64,000 nt of DNA from Planctomycetota bacterium (lineage in GTDB: Bacteria; Planctomycetota; SZUA-567; H5-PLA8). A program made the position numbers and the translations under genes. This document shows positions 1-10,172 of the stretch, piece by piece. The stretch is from positions 1-64,000 of the forward strand of contig JBBRPR010000004.1 in the NCBI GenBank assembly GCA_038227875.1, in the 5' to 3' direction. A model generated the notes under the pieces. It was given only the letters and a program-made list of their open reading frames with translations, searched no databases and was not told the DNA's origin. Position 1 is the first letter of the stretch. Each line of letters starts with the position of its first letter.

Positions 1-4
1 AGGA

Positions 5-544
5 GTGGTCAAAAGCCAACATGGGGACTGTAGTCCCTATCCTTCCCTCGGACGAGCCACGGACCAAGCGGGTAAGTGTCTCAACATTTCCGGCAAGAGC
101 GTCGCACGCGCCGCGGATGTGCTAAAGCGTGGAATCCCCGCACTCATCGAGAGAGTCGATCAGGGCAGAATCACAATTACCGCCGCTCAAAAAATCGCGG
201 AGTTCCCGCCCGACGAGCAGCAGCGCCTGCTAACACTCAACCGCCGCGAACTCGCCGCGAAGTTCCGGCCGGCCAAAACGGAGCAACCGGCGGATCCAGC
301 CAAACCCGTCACGCACCCCGGCCAGACCGAAGCCGAACGGGCGCGGGACGAGATGTTCGTAAAATCAGTCTCCCTCCTCAACTACAAGCATGTGAGTCTG
401 AAACGGTGCGGAGAAAGTCTGCGCTTGAAGCTCTCGATGAAAGACTGGCGCAGCGAACTCAGCGAACTGCTGACCAGCGAAGTCTTCCCGCACTTGCTCG
501 AACGCGGCGTCGTGGTCATCCGCAGCGACGACGTGGAAAAGTAA
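5..544 (+). CDS. ParB-like HTH-containing protein (probably 5'-truncated by window edge)
   Basis: GRATDQAGKCLNISGKSVARAADVLKRGIPALIERVDQGRITITAAQKIA resembles the HTH plus helical region of ParB-like/phage-associated proteins; frame is open to the window edge. Confidence 0.55.
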   Translation: MVKSQHGDCSPYPSLGRATDQAGKCLNISGKSVARAADVLKRGIPALIERVDQGRITITAAQKIAEFPPDEQQRLLTLNRRELAAKFRPAKTEQPADPAKPVTHPGQTEAERARDEMFVKSVSLLNYKHVSLKRCGESLRLKLSMKDWRSELSELLTSEVFPHLLERGVVVIRSDDVEK

Positions 545-553
545 CGATGGAAC

Positions 554-596
554 GATGACGCCGAAGGCCGAGCGCTCGGCCGACGGCGTCGTCATT
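554..596. terminator. GC-rich stem-loop after first CDS
   Basis: atgacgccg-aa-ggccgagcgctcggcc-ga-cggcgtcgt nested inverted repeat just after the stop at 544. Confidence 0.4.
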
Positions 597-651
597 CTGA
601 ATTCATAACATCGTTGACGCGTACTATTTCCAAATCGCAACCGACCGCGAT

Positions 652-680
652 TTCTCCCCCCCTTTTCAAGGGGGGGAGAA
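652..680. repeat. Poly-C/poly-G palindrome
   Basis: ttctccccccc-ttttcaa-gggggggagaa. Confidence 0.6.
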
Positions 681-758
681 TTGGCGCCCCCGGATTCATC
701 ACTCATCAATCTGAATTCTGAATTTCTCCAACCACCGCGCTCAACCCAACCGCCCGCC

Positions 759-807
759 CGTGCGCGCCCCCACCTCTGGCCCCTGACCCCTGACCCCTGG
801 CCCCTCG
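759..807. repeat. Heptamer (TGACCCC/TGGCCCC) tandem array, same family as 53492 and 55042 elements
   Basis: ctggcccctgacccctgacccctggcccctcg preceded by cgtgcgcgc, matching the right arm of the 55042-55217 element. Confidence 0.75.
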
Positions 808-891
808 CGCGTCAGCGCGCCGCGCTACCCTCACGCGCCACCGCGCTTACCGCGCTTGCATACCCCGCGCGGCTGAAAGATAATCAAAACC

Positions 892-2862
892 ATGATTGTG
901 GACTTAACGGTGCCGGCTTCCACGGCCGACGAACTCTCGCGGCGCGATGAATTGGCGGAACGGCTGCGCTGGCTGGTCACGCTGCGCTGGGTCGCCCTGG
1001 CTTCAGTGGCCATCGCGGTGGCGGCGGCGCGGCTGTTTGGGTTGCTCAACTCCGTCTGGCCGCAGGCGGCGGTCGCCGGATCGATGTTGTTTCTGAACAT
1101 CGGTTTCTACGGCATCCACCTCCGCGCTCCGGTGCGCACGTACCGCGCGCTCTCGGCGGAAGCGCTGCTCCAGATTTCCGTCGACGTCATCGGCCTGGGG
1201 ATGCTGATCTTCTTCTCGGGCGGATTGATGAATCCGTTCATTTTCTATTTCTGCTTCCACGTCGTGATCGCGGCGATCCTGCTCGAAAAACAGCCCGCTT
1301 ACGGCGTCGCCCTGCTGACGGCCGGCATCATTTTTCTGCTCGGCATGGCCGATGAATCGGGACTCAACGCGGCCTGGTCGCTTCAAGGCGAAATGGCCGG
1401 CGTCAAGCTCACCACGCTCTCGCGCCTCGGCCGCGTCTTCGCGCTCGGCACCACGTTAATCATCGCCGTCTACATGGTCACGGAAATCATGGAGCGCCTG
1501 CGCGCGCGCACGCAGGACGTCCGCCATCTCAACTCCATTCTGAATGAACGCCTCGACATGCTCGCCTCGGCCGAACGAAAACTCGCCGCCGAACACCAGC
1601 GCGCCCGCGCCATTCTGGAATGCATGGACGAAGGCGTCGTCGTCGTCGACCTGCAGGGGCAGGTGCTGCTGGCCAATACGGCCGCGCAACACAGCGCGCT
1701 GATGGCGTTGGATGACACGCTGAAGAAAGCGGGCCTCACCCATGATCATCACCATGACCATGGCCACAGTCATGGCGAAGACCTCGACTGCAATCACCAG
1801 CACAAGCCGCTGAATGAACAGCCGGACGAATGCCCGGCGGGCAACCCCGGCAAGTGTCTGCAGGAAGCGCTCGAGAAGGGCGGAAAACTCTGCGCCGCCA
1901 CGCTGGCGCTGCTGGGCGCCGATCCGCCGAAGGAAGACGCCTGCGCGCGGCTGGTCGCTCCGAAATCGCCGACCCTGGCGGAAATCGAAGTGAAAGGCCG
2001 GCGTTTTGAAAACACCGTCTCTTCCGTGCGCGCCAGTGGCGATACGCTGGGCCTGGTGATTGTTTCGCGCGATGTCACCGAACGCCGCTCGCTGGAACGC
2101 CAGGTCGTTCACGCCGAGAAACTCCACGCGCTGGGCAATCTTGCGGCCGGCGTCGCGCATGAACTGAACACGCCGCTGGGCACCATTCTCGGCTACGCGC
2201 AGATGCTGCTCGACGATCCCAATCCCAAGACGGAATTGAAAGCGATCGAAGGCCAGGCGCGCCGCTGCAAGCAGATCGTGCAGGGCCTGCTCGACTTCGC
2301 GCGCACGCCGCCCAATCCCCATTCCGGAAACAAGATCATCGATGCGTCCGGCCGCGTGCAGGAAGATTGCGCGCCCAACGAACTGGCCACGAAGGTCCGC
2401 GACCTGATCGCGCACTCGCTGAAGATGCGCGACATCGTGCTGGAACTGGATCTGTGCGAACCGGCGCCGCCGCCGCTGCGCGTCGCGGCCAACGAATTTG
2501 AGCAGGTGCTGGTCAATCTCGTCACCAACGCGGCCGACGCGATCGAGATGGCGGCAGCCGGCGCAGGCCACGCGCCCGGCGAACGGAAAGTCACGATTCA
2601 CACGCGCCACGCCAATGGCACGGTCACCCTCGCGGTCGAAGACACGGGCCCGGGCGTCCCAGCGAATCTGGCGGAACAGATTTTCGAGCCGTTCTTCACC
2701 ACCAAGGCGGCGGGGCGGGGAACCGGATTGGGCCTGTCGATCGCGCGGCGCATCGTTGAAGATCACGAAGGCCGCCTGATCGTCACGCGGCGCGGCGACG
2801 GCAAGTCCGGCGCGCGATTTGAAGTCAGTTTGCAGGCCGTAAAACAGGAAGCGAACGTTTAG
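892..2862 (+). CDS. Membrane sensor histidine kinase (multi-TM N-terminus, PAS-like region with His/Cys-rich insert, HisKA, HATPase)
   Basis: H-box [12 protein letters not shown]-box [14 protein letters not shown]1 EDTGPG, F-box [10 protein letters not shown]2 GTGLGLSI; about 5-6 hydrophobic helices in the first 200 aa. Confidence 0.93.
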   Translation: MIVDLTVPASTADELSRRDELAERLRWLVTLRWVALASVAIAVAAARLFGLLNSVWPQAAVAGSMLFLNIGFYGIHLRAPVRTYRALSAEALLQISVDVIGLGMLIFFSGGLMNPFIFYFCFHVVIAAILLEKQPAYGVALLTAGIIFLLGMADESGLNAAWSLQGEMAGVKLTTLSRLGRVFALGTTLIIAVYMVTEIMERLRARTQDVRHLNSILNERLDMLASAERKLAAEHQRARAILECMDEGVVVVDLQGQVLLANTAAQHSALMALDDTLKKAGLTHDHHHDHGHSHGEDLDCNHQHKPLNEQPDECPAGNPGKCLQEALEKGGKLCAATLALLGADPPKEDACARLVAPKSPTLAEIEVKGRRFENTVSSVRASGDTLGLVIVSRDVTERRSLERQVVHAEKLHALGNLAAGVAHELNTPLGTILGYAQMLLDDPNPKTELKAIEGQARRCKQIVQGLLDFARTPPNPHSGNKIIDASGRVQEDCAPNELATKVRDLIAHSLKMRDIVLELDLCEPAPPPLRVAANEFEQVLVNLVTNAADAIEMAAAGAGHAPGERKVTIHTRHANGTVTLAVEDTGPGVPANLAEQIFEPFFTTKAAGRGTGLGLSIARRIVEDHEGRLIVTRRGDGKSGARFEVSLQAVKQEANV

Positions 2863-2895
2863 GGTGATCCTTTCCTCCGGAGACTGTGCGAAGTC

Positions 2896-4977
2896 ATGAG
2901 CGATTTGACGGGCAAAACAGTAGCCGGGTATCCCATTGAGAAAATGCTGGCCAAAGGGTCCTATTCCGACAGTTGGCAAATCGGCACCTCGGGTGCGAAG
3001 CTGGCGGTCAAGATCCTCCACGAACATCTGCGCTCCGACGCGACCCTGGGTGAACAGATTTCCAAGGGCTGGGAAATCAGCCGGGCCGCGGCGCATGAAA
3101 ATCTGGTCACGGCGTTCGGCGCGGGCGTCGACGCCGAGGTGGGCGCGTACTGCCTGCAAGAGCTGATCGCCGGCAAGTCGCTGCGCCAGAACATGCTCGA
3201 CGGCTCGAAACTGGCCTGGCGCGATTTCCTGATCATCGGCGAGCAGCTCTTCGCGGCGCTCAACACGCTCCACGCGGCCGGCATTATTCACGGCGACATC
3301 TGGACCGGGTCGATTCTCATCACGCAGGACCAGGACGTGAAACTGGAAGGCGCCGGCGGGCTGATGTACCTCACGCGCCGCGCTTCCGAACTGATTACCG
3401 GCAACTCCCTGGGCTACCAGGCGCCCGAAATCCTGAAGGGCAGTCCCGTCTCCGTGGAAGGCGACATCTACGCGGCGGGCGGTTGCCTCTACGCGGTGCT
3501 GGCCGGCAACGATCCGTATCCGCCGGAAAGCGCCGAGCGCCTGATCCAGATCGTGGCCGAGCGCAAGTTGCCGCGCGTCACGGGATTCCGCGACGACCTG
3601 CCGCCGGAGGCCGATGAGGTTCTCGGGCGGCTGATGGCCAAGGACCCCGAACAGCGTTACGGCAGCGCGGCCGATGCGCTGGCCGATGTGAAGCGGCTGA
3701 AGGAAGGCAAGGCGCTCAATCCGCTGAAAGGCGGGAAGCCCGCCGCAGCGGCATTGCCGTCGAGCGCGCCGCCCTCCGCGCCGCCCTCGCGCGCCTCGCA
3801 TTCGCAGCAGGGGATGCAAGCCACGCCGTACACGCGGCCGAAATCCGGTTTCGGATCGGCGGTCGGCAGCCGTCCGCCGTCGGCGGGACGGAGCGGATTT
3901 TCCGGCGCGATCAACACCAAGAAGCCCGGCAGCGGAATGGGCTCGGCGGTCGGCGCCAGCGGTTCGGCGCTGAAGGCGATCAAGGACGGCACCACCGCCA
4001 CGGCGCACAGCCGTATTTTCGGCCGGCTGGACACGCATGTGAAGTCGACGATTCCGCAGAGCGATCTGGAAAAGCGCGGCGACGACCTGTATCGCCAGGG
4101 GCAGTTGTCGCTGGCGTTGAATTGCTGGCGCGAATCCTACGACGCCACGCCGCACACAGGTTTGAAAGTGAAACTGGAACTGGCGGAACGCGACGTCAAG
4201 CGCGAAGCGTACAACATGACGTTGGAAGAAGCGCGCATGCGCCTGGACGACGGCGATTTCGCCGGCGCGATCGCGCGATCGCGCGAAGCGCTGCTCTCCG
4301 CCGAAGACGATCAGCAGCGCCAGGAAGTGCTCAACGTCGAACGCCAGGCGATCGATGACCTGGAGCAGGAAAAGTACCGCAACCGGGTCAAGCTGATCGT
4401 CGGCGGCATTGTGCTGCTGGTCCTGACCATCGTTGCCGTGATTCTCATGTCGCGCGCCAAGACTGCGAATCCGACGGCCGAAACACCGACGACCGTTCCT
4501 GCGCCCATTCCCGTAACGCCGCCGGTCGTTCCAGCCAGGCCCATCGGGCCGTCGAAGCACGCGTTCGACGAGGCGGGCGCGTCGGTCATGGTCCAGGCGC
4601 CGTGGTCGTCGCAGGGCAAGGAACTGGTCTACCTGGGCGGCAACCGCCGCACTGCGATCCTGACGGCTGGAAAACTTCCCGAAGGCACGGCCGCCGCCGA
4701 TGTGCTCAAAGAAATCCGCAACAGCCCGACCATGAAAGATCAGAAAGTGATTGAAGAGACGGCCGCGGCGATGATCGTCGACGGCAACTACACGGTCGCC
4801 AAATCGGCGGTGCGCTACACGGCGCCGGACGGCGTGCATCTGCATTACTTCTACGTCTTCGCCGGTCCGCAAAATACGCCGCGGCTGCTGGAAGTCGACG
4901 GGCGCGAAGATCAACTTTCCCAGGACGTCGAGCAGCAGATTCAGTCGGTCCTCCGCACCTGGCACTACGAGAAGTAA
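2896..4977 (+). CDS. Membrane Ser/Thr protein kinase-like protein, probably a pseudokinase
   Basis: Hanks-type fold (LAVKIL, GYQAPE, DIYAAG, KDPEQRY); HRDxKxxN replaced by HGDIWTGS and DFG by EGA; one TM (LIVGGIVLLVLTIVAVILM) and a C-terminal extracytoplasmic domain. Confidence 0.8.
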   Translation: MSDLTGKTVAGYPIEKMLAKGSYSDSWQIGTSGAKLAVKILHEHLRSDATLGEQISKGWEISRAAAHENLVTAFGAGVDAEVGAYCLQELIAGKSLRQNMLDGSKLAWRDFLIIGEQLFAALNTLHAAGIIHGDIWTGSILITQDQDVKLEGAGGLMYLTRRASELITGNSLGYQAPEILKGSPVSVEGDIYAAGGCLYAVLAGNDPYPPESAERLIQIVAERKLPRVTGFRDDLPPEADEVLGRLMAKDPEQRYGSAADALADVKRLKEGKALNPLKGGKPAAAALPSSAPPSAPPSRASHSQQGMQATPYTRPKSGFGSAVGSRPPSAGRSGFSGAINTKKPGSGMGSAVGASGSALKAIKDGTTATAHSRIFGRLDTHVKSTIPQSDLEKRGDDLYRQGQLSLALNCWRESYDATPHTGLKVKLELAERDVKREAYNMTLEEARMRLDDGDFAGAIARSREALLSAEDDQQRQEVLNVERQAIDDLEQEKYRNRVKLIVGGIVLLVLTIVAVILMSRAKTANPTAETPTTVPAPIPVTPPVVPARPIGPSKHAFDEAGASVMVQAPWSSQGKELVYLGGNRRTAILTAGKLPEGTAAADVLKEIRNSPTMKDQKVIEETAAAMIVDGNYTVAKSAVRYTAPDGVHLHYFYVFAGPQNTPRLLEVDGREDQLSQDVEQQIQSVLRTWHYEK

Positions 4978-4978
4978 C

Positions 4979-7069
4979 ATGCATCGAAACGCGATCCGAA
5001 CGATCCTGGCGCTGGCCCTGCTTGCAGGCGCGGCACGCGCCGGCGACGACGCCGAAACCGAGGCGCATTTTCTGCGCAACATCCGGCAGCTGACGTTTTC
5101 CGGATCGAAAAGCGGCGAGGCGTACTACTCTCCTGACGGCAAGGAGATCGTTTTTCAGAGCGTGCGCGATCTGGAAAATCCGTTCTACCAGATCTACCGC
5201 ATGAATCTGGCCGACGGCGTTGCGCACCGCATTTCCACCGGCAAGGGGCGCACCACCTGCGCGTATTTCAGTCCCGTGAAGAAGCGCATTCTTTTTTCAA
5301 GCTCCCACCTGGACCCCGCCACCGACGCGAAGCAGAAGGAGGAACTGGAGAAACTGAAATCCGGTCCGCCGCCGCGCTACAAATGGGATTTCGACCCGTT
5401 CCTCGACATTTTCGAATCCGATCCCGACGGTGGCAACCTCACGCGCCTGACCGAAGCGACCGGCTACGACGCCGAAGGCTCGTACTCGCCGGACGGCACC
5501 AGGATCGTCTTCTGCTCGTTCCGCGATGGCGACGGCGAAATTTACATCATGGATGCCGACGGCAAAAACCAGAAGCGCTTGACCACCGAAAAAGGCTACG
5601 ACGGCGGCCCGTTCTTCTCGCCCGACGGAAAGAAGATCGTCTGGCGCCATTTCGAAGACGAGGCGCAGAAGGTCGCCGAAGTCTGGACGATGGACATCGA
5701 CGGCGCGAACAAAACGCAGGTGACGCATCAGAAAGCGATCAGCTGGGCGCCGTTCTGGCACCCGTCGATGAAGTGGATTGTCTTCGCCAGCAATTTCGAA
5801 GACCCGGCGTTCGAGCTCTACGCGGTGCGGCCCGACGGCAAGGACCTGACGCGGCTGACGTACTCGGAAGGCTTCGACGGCCTGCCCGTGATCTCGCCCG
5901 ACGGCGGCTCGCTGATGTGGACCTCCAACCGCGCGGAGAGCAAGAGCCAGATTTTCGTCGCGGAACTACACCTGCCCGGCGAAGGCCCCGCGGAGATGCC
6001 GGTGCCTGTCGGCGTGGACCTCGGCGCGCCGTTCAAGAATCATCTGCAAAGTTTGATCGAACAGGGCGCAGCCAACAATTTCGAGCACGAAGTCGGCCGG
6101 ATCTATCTCGACACCGGGATCAAGCCGCTGGGCAAGTTCGCCGACGTCGACGAGACCTCGTTCATTCAAGGACCCAGCGTCGTCGGCTGGCGCGCGCCGA
6201 AAGGTTCCGACGACGTCCTGATCGTGATGGCGCCGATCGAATCGAACGCCGGTTCAGCCTTCGACACGGCCGTCGCAATCGAAGGTTCATCACGTGCGGA
6301 AAAAATTGAGAAAGGCGCCGGCACATATCTTTCCGCGGGCTACCCGGACGAATTGCCGCGCGTCGGTGCCTCGGCGCGGAAGGATTTGAAGGCGGAAAAC
6401 GAGAAGCTGCGCACGCTGGCGCTGGTGAGTGTCGCGGGCATCAGCCGCGTGCGCGACCGGCGCGTGTTTATGCGCGGCGTGGGCACGGGCAGCGGCCTGC
6501 GCGAACTCGCCGAACGGCTCGCAGCGCGCCATCCGGACGTGCGGCTGATTCTCGAAGACGATCCGGCCGGCGCGGTGGAACTCAACCAGAAAACGCCCGT
6601 CGAGATTCCGCTGATCGGATTTGGCGGCGCGAAGGACGCTCCGCCGCTGGAGACCGCCGACAACCCCGAAGACCGCGCCTACCGCGAACAGGCCGCGTCA
6701 CTGGCGCTGGACGGTATCACGCTGCTCGCCTCGCATGCCGTCGAGATCAAGTACACGAAGTACGACGCGGCCGCCGCGAAGGCCGCCGCCAATGCGTCGT
6801 CGCGCCCGTACCTCGGCACGATTCCCGAATACAGATCCGAAGGCAACGCCGGCGTGAAGCTGACCGGCGTGCGCGACGGCTCGCCGGCGCAGAAGTCCGG
6901 CCTGCAGGCCAACGATGTCATCACCGAACTCGGCGGCGTCGCCGTGCATAACGTTGAAGATTATCTGAAAGCACTCGAGCCGCTGAAGATCGACGTCGAG
7001 ACCACGATCAAGATTCAACGCGCCGGTAAGGAAGAGACGATCAAGATCACGCCGGCCGCGCGGCATTAA
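4979..7069 (+). CDS. Secreted TolB-like PD40 beta-propeller protein with degenerate M28-like middle region and C-terminal PDZ
   Basis: Signal peptide; repeated [YF]SPDGxxIVF motifs; C-terminal YLGTIPEY...GVKLTGVRDGSPAQKSGLQANDVI PDZ signature; starts 1 bp after the kinase stop. Confidence 0.85.
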   Translation: MHRNAIRTILALALLAGAARAGDDAETEAHFLRNIRQLTFSGSKSGEAYYSPDGKEIVFQSVRDLENPFYQIYRMNLADGVAHRISTGKGRTTCAYFSPVKKRILFSSSHLDPATDAKQKEELEKLKSGPPPRYKWDFDPFLDIFESDPDGGNLTRLTEATGYDAEGSYSPDGTRIVFCSFRDGDGEIYIMDADGKNQKRLTTEKGYDGGPFFSPDGKKIVWRHFEDEAQKVAEVWTMDIDGANKTQVTHQKAISWAPFWHPSMKWIVFASNFEDPAFELYAVRPDGKDLTRLTYSEGFDGLPVISPDGGSLMWTSNRAESKSQIFVAELHLPGEGPAEMPVPVGVDLGAPFKNHLQSLIEQGAANNFEHEVGRIYLDTGIKPLGKFADVDETSFIQGPSVVGWRAPKGSDDVLIVMAPIESNAGSAFDTAVAIEGSSRAEKIEKGAGTYLSAGYPDELPRVGASARKDLKAENEKLRTLALVSVAGISRVRDRRVFMRGVGTGSGLRELAERLAARHPDVRLILEDDPAGAVELNQKTPVEIPLIGFGGAKDAPPLETADNPEDRAYREQAASLALDGITLLASHAVEIKYTKYDAAAAKAAANASSRPYLGTIPEYRSEGNAGVKLTGVRDGSPAQKSGLQANDVITELGGVAVHNVEDYLKALEPLKIDVETTIKIQRAGKEETIKITPAARH

Positions 7070-7074
7070 CGAAA

Positions 7075-7235
7075 CTGGTGCCACGGATGCGCGGACCCTT
7101 GAGCGTAGCGAAAGGGTCCGTTCATCCGTGCCGTTTCGCGTGGAACTCGCGGACGCGTCCGGGATGGCAACGCGTAACGCACGGATGAACGAATTTCTTC
7201 GCTACGCTTAGAAATTCGCGCATCCGTGGCACCAG
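7075..7235. repeat. Nested palindromic (REPIN/MITE-like) element, copy 1
   Basis: 19-bp terminal inverted repeat ctggtgccacggatgcgcg; two inverted units, each with an internal hairpin around a RAGCGTAGCGA loop; second copy at 42567-42710. Confidence 0.9.
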
Positions 7236-7258
7236 ATTGGGATGCGAATTTTCCATCA

Positions 7259-8554
7259 CTACCGCACTTTCACCACGACGACGGTGATGTCATCGCGCGG
7301 CGGGCGGCCGGCGGTCCATTCAGTCGTGGCGTTCAATAGTGCGTCGAGAATCTGCTGCGACGTCTGCTCGCGGTTGGCGCGGATCAGCGCGCAGAGCCGG
7401 TCCTTGCCGAACGTCTCCTCGGTTTCGTTCATGCATTCAAACAGGCCGTCGGTCATGAAGACCAGGACGTCGCCGGTCTCCAGCGGGAGCGGGCCGCCGA
7501 GACCGAATTCCATGCCGTCGAGAATGCCCAGCAGCGGGCCGGTCGATTCCAATTCCGCGAACTGATCGGTCGACGGGCGATAACAGAACGGCGGGTCGTG
7601 GCCGGCCGATGCGTATTCGAGAATGCCCTTGTCCGGATCGATCGCGGCGAGCAGGAACGACAGAAAGTTTCCATCTTCCAAATCGTGCGAGAGCAGGTGA
7701 TTGGCGCCGGCGAGGATCGCCGACGGATCGCTCTGTGTTTTGCAGAGCGCGCGGGTAAAGGCGCGGGCGGCGGTCATCACCAGCGCGGCGCCCAGGCCGT
7801 GGCCGGTGACGTCGGCGATGATGATCGCCAGCCGGCCGTCGGGGAGCGTGGTGTAGTCGAAGTAGTCGCCGCTGGTTTCCGTCGCGGGCTTGTTGCAGCC
7901 GGCGATGTCCAGGCGCGGGAGCGACGGGCTCTCGCGCGGGAGCAGGCGCGTCTGGATCTTCTGCGCCAGGTCGAGTTCTGCCTGCAAACGCCGCTTCTCA
8001 ATCGCCTGCTCGCGCAGCGCGGCCTGTTCCAGCACCACGCCGGCCTGAGCGGCGATGATCGAAGCAAGTTCGATGTCGTAGGCGTTGAAGGCGCGACCGT
8101 CGGTCTTGTTGAGCCCCTGGATCACGCCAACGACGCGCTTGCCTTCGATATCCTTCAGCGGCAGGCAGAGAATGTTGCGGGTGCGGAAGCCGGATTTCTT
8201 GTCGACTTCCGGATTGAAACGCGGATCGGCGTAGGCGTCGTCGATGACCAGCGGCTGGCCGTCTTCGGCCACCGCACCGACGAAGCCCTTTCCTTTCGGC
8301 ACGCGGATCTCGTCGATTTTTTCCGCCACTCGAGTGAAAAGATCACCGTCGCGCGGGTCGACCAGCCAGATCGAGGTGCGTTCGACGTGGAGCACGGTGG
8401 AGCACGCGGCGGCGAGCAGGGTCAGCAGGCGCGTGAGATCCGGCTCGGCGTTCATCGCGCGGGTGATGTTCAGGATCGATTCGAGATTGCGCACGCGCTG
8501 TTCCAGCGGCACAGTCTCGGCGGCCTTGCGGAAGCGCTGTGTGTCAGAAGACAT
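7259..8554 (-). CDS. GAF domain + SpoIIE/PP2C phosphatase (RsbU-like)
   Basis: GAF motif DAYADPRFNPEVDKKSGFRTRNILCLP; PP2C motifs SGDYFD, ADVTGHG, TDGL, DDITV. Confidence 0.92.
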   Translation of the reverse strand: MSSDTQRFRKAAETVPLEQRVRNLESILNITRAMNAEPDLTRLLTLLAAACSTVLHVERTSIWLVDPRDGDLFTRVAEKIDEIRVPKGKGFVGAVAEDGQPLVIDDAYADPRFNPEVDKKSGFRTRNILCLPLKDIEGKRVVGVIQGLNKTDGRAFNAYDIELASIIAAQAGVVLEQAALREQAIEKRRLQAELDLAQKIQTRLLPRESPSLPRLDIAGCNKPATETSGDYFDYTTLPDGRLAIIIADVTGHGLGAALVMTAARAFTRALCKTQSDPSAILAGANHLLSHDLEDGNFLSFLLAAIDPDKGILEYASAGHDPPFCYRPSTDQFAELESTGPLLGILDGMEFGLGGPLPLETGDVLVFMTDGLFECMNETEETFGKDRLCALIRANREQTSQQILDALLNATTEWTAGRPPRDDITVVVVKVR

Positions 8555-8609
8555 GGGACACTCTCCGCGATGCAATTGCACGGTGGCCAATGGGCCACCG
8601 CCGATTTCG

Positions 8610-9089
8610 TCAGGCCGGGCGCAGCACCTTGCTCATCAGCAGCGCCGCGCCATTCCGCCAGTAACTGACTTCCGTCATGATGCCGCGAATCAGGATTACG
8701 CCGCGGCCGCTTTCCTCGAGCAGGTTTTCCGGCGCGTCGGGATCGGGCAGATCTTCCTCGCGGAAACCCGGGCCTTCGTCTTCCACCAGGAACGTGATTT
8801 TATCGGGAGCACGGTACGCCCGCACGCGCGCCTTCAGCGCCGCGTTGGATTGATTGCCGTGCGTGACGGCGTTGACCAGCGCTTCGTCGAGCACCAGGCG
8901 GAAGCTGACTTCCTCCGAGGCATCGGCGAAGACACCCGACGCGGCGAGCGCGACCAGGAGTTGGTCGAGCACTTCGGTTTTGATTTCCTTGGTCGACGAA
9001 AACTCGCGGTCGAAAATCAGCGCTCCGCCGGGCGCGGGCGGCTCATCGGCTTTGACCAGATCGGTGGAGCGGCCCAGCTTCTTGCGCAT
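8610..9089 (-). CDS. Anti-sigma factor Ser kinase (RsbW-like HATPase)
   Basis: EALVNAVTHGN, VEDEGPGF, ESGRGVILI motifs. Confidence 0.88.
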   Translation of the reverse strand: MRKKLGRSTDLVKADEPPAPGGALIFDREFSSTKEIKTEVLDQLLVALAASGVFADASEEVSFRLVLDEALVNAVTHGNQSNAALKARVRAYRAPDKITFLVEDEGPGFREEDLPDPDAPENLLEESGRGVILIRGIMTEVSYWRNGAALLMSKVLRPA

Positions 9090-9116
9090 GGAATGAAGGC
9101 TAACGCGGCGGCGGCG

Positions 9117-10145
9117 CTACTGCAAGAACGCCTGCCGCGCGCGTTCGTAGGCGGCGATCAGGGGTTCGGGTTCGGCTTCGATTTTCTTCGCCTCGGCTTC
9201 GGCCCACTTGCCGGAGCTGATGCCCCATTCCCAGGTCAGGCGCGAGGTTTCGGAGAGCGGCTGCTCGGGGCGCCATTCGGGGATGTCGCGCTTCAAGGGG
9301 CTGGTGTCGAAGATGCCGTGGAAGCGCCAGATGTCGCGGCAGAATCCAATGCCGCTCCAATCCTTCAGGCGTTCGCAGAGAAAATCCGCGGGGAGTTCGA
9401 CGATGTTGGGGTTGCTGATGCCGATGCCCGCCGCGCTGCGCCGCGTCCATTCGGCTTGCGTCACGCACTCGTCGCCGACGCAGTTGTAGGTGCGGCCGAA
9501 GCAGTTCTCGTTGCCCACGGCAAACGCGATGGCGCGGCCGACGTCGCGCGTCGAACCGTGGTGACAGAGGACGCCGCCGGCGCAGACGATGATCGGGCGG
9601 CCGGCTTTCAGCAGCTTGAAGAACGTGCCGTCGCGGCACCACAGATTTCCCGAGAGCCACGCGCCGGGGCCGTCGGTGCTCGACGGCCGGATGTTCGTGC
9701 CCGCGACGAGGCCCTTGGCGCTGGCCTCCAAAACAATCTGTTCGAGTTCCTTCTTGTTGCGTCCGTACTCGGAGATGGGGCGACATTCGGTCTGGCTGCC
9801 GGCCGGGTGTTCGGCCAGCGGGCCGCCGAGCGCGCAGACCGTCGAGATGAAGACGAGGTGCTTGAGCCCGCGGTTGCGGACCTCGAGTAGATCGCGCATC
9901 TGCTGCGGCTTGAAGCAGAAGTAGTCGATGATCGCGTCAGGATTGACGTCGGCGAGGATTTTTTTCAGCGCGTCCTTGTCGTTGCGGTCGCCGGTGACCG
10001 GCGTGACGCTCTTGCCGCCGACATCCGCGACGCGAAACGGCGTTTTGCCGCGCGTCAGCGCGAAGGTTTCATGCCCGCGCTCGAGCAACGCGCGTGTGGA
10101 TTCCGTCGAGATCAGTCCGCTGCCACCGAGGATGAGCACGCGCAT
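9117..10145 (-). CDS. NAD-dependent epimerase/dehydratase family protein
   Basis: MRVLILGGSGLIS Rossmann motif; YGRNK (YxxxK). Confidence 0.85.
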   Translation of the reverse strand: MRVLILGGSGLISTESTRALLERGHETFALTRGKTPFRVADVGGKSVTPVTGDRNDKDALKKILADVNPDAIIDYFCFKPQQMRDLLEVRNRGLKHLVFISTVCALGGPLAEHPAGSQTECRPISEYGRNKKELEQIVLEASAKGLVAGTNIRPSSTDGPGAWLSGNLWCRDGTFFKLLKAGRPIIVCAGGVLCHHGSTRDVGRAIAFAVGNENCFGRTYNCVGDECVTQAEWTRRSAAGIGISNPNIVELPADFLCERLKDWSGIGFCRDIWRFHGIFDTSPLKRDIPEWRPEQPLSETSRLTWEWGISSGKWAEAEAKKIEAEPEPLIAAYERARQAFLQ

Positions 10146-10172
10146 ATAGAAAACCTCCGCAAATTGATGGAC

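Noticed and set aside
1456..5082. 1208-aa minus-strand ORF
   Set aside because: Antisense shadow of two motif-bearing plus-strand genes; no motifs of its own; typical of high-GC DNA.
7075..7235. CRISPR array or integron attC interpretation of the palindromes and heptamer arrays
   Set aside because: No direct repeat-spacer periodicity, no cas or intI genes, no RYYYAAC/GTTRRRY ends.
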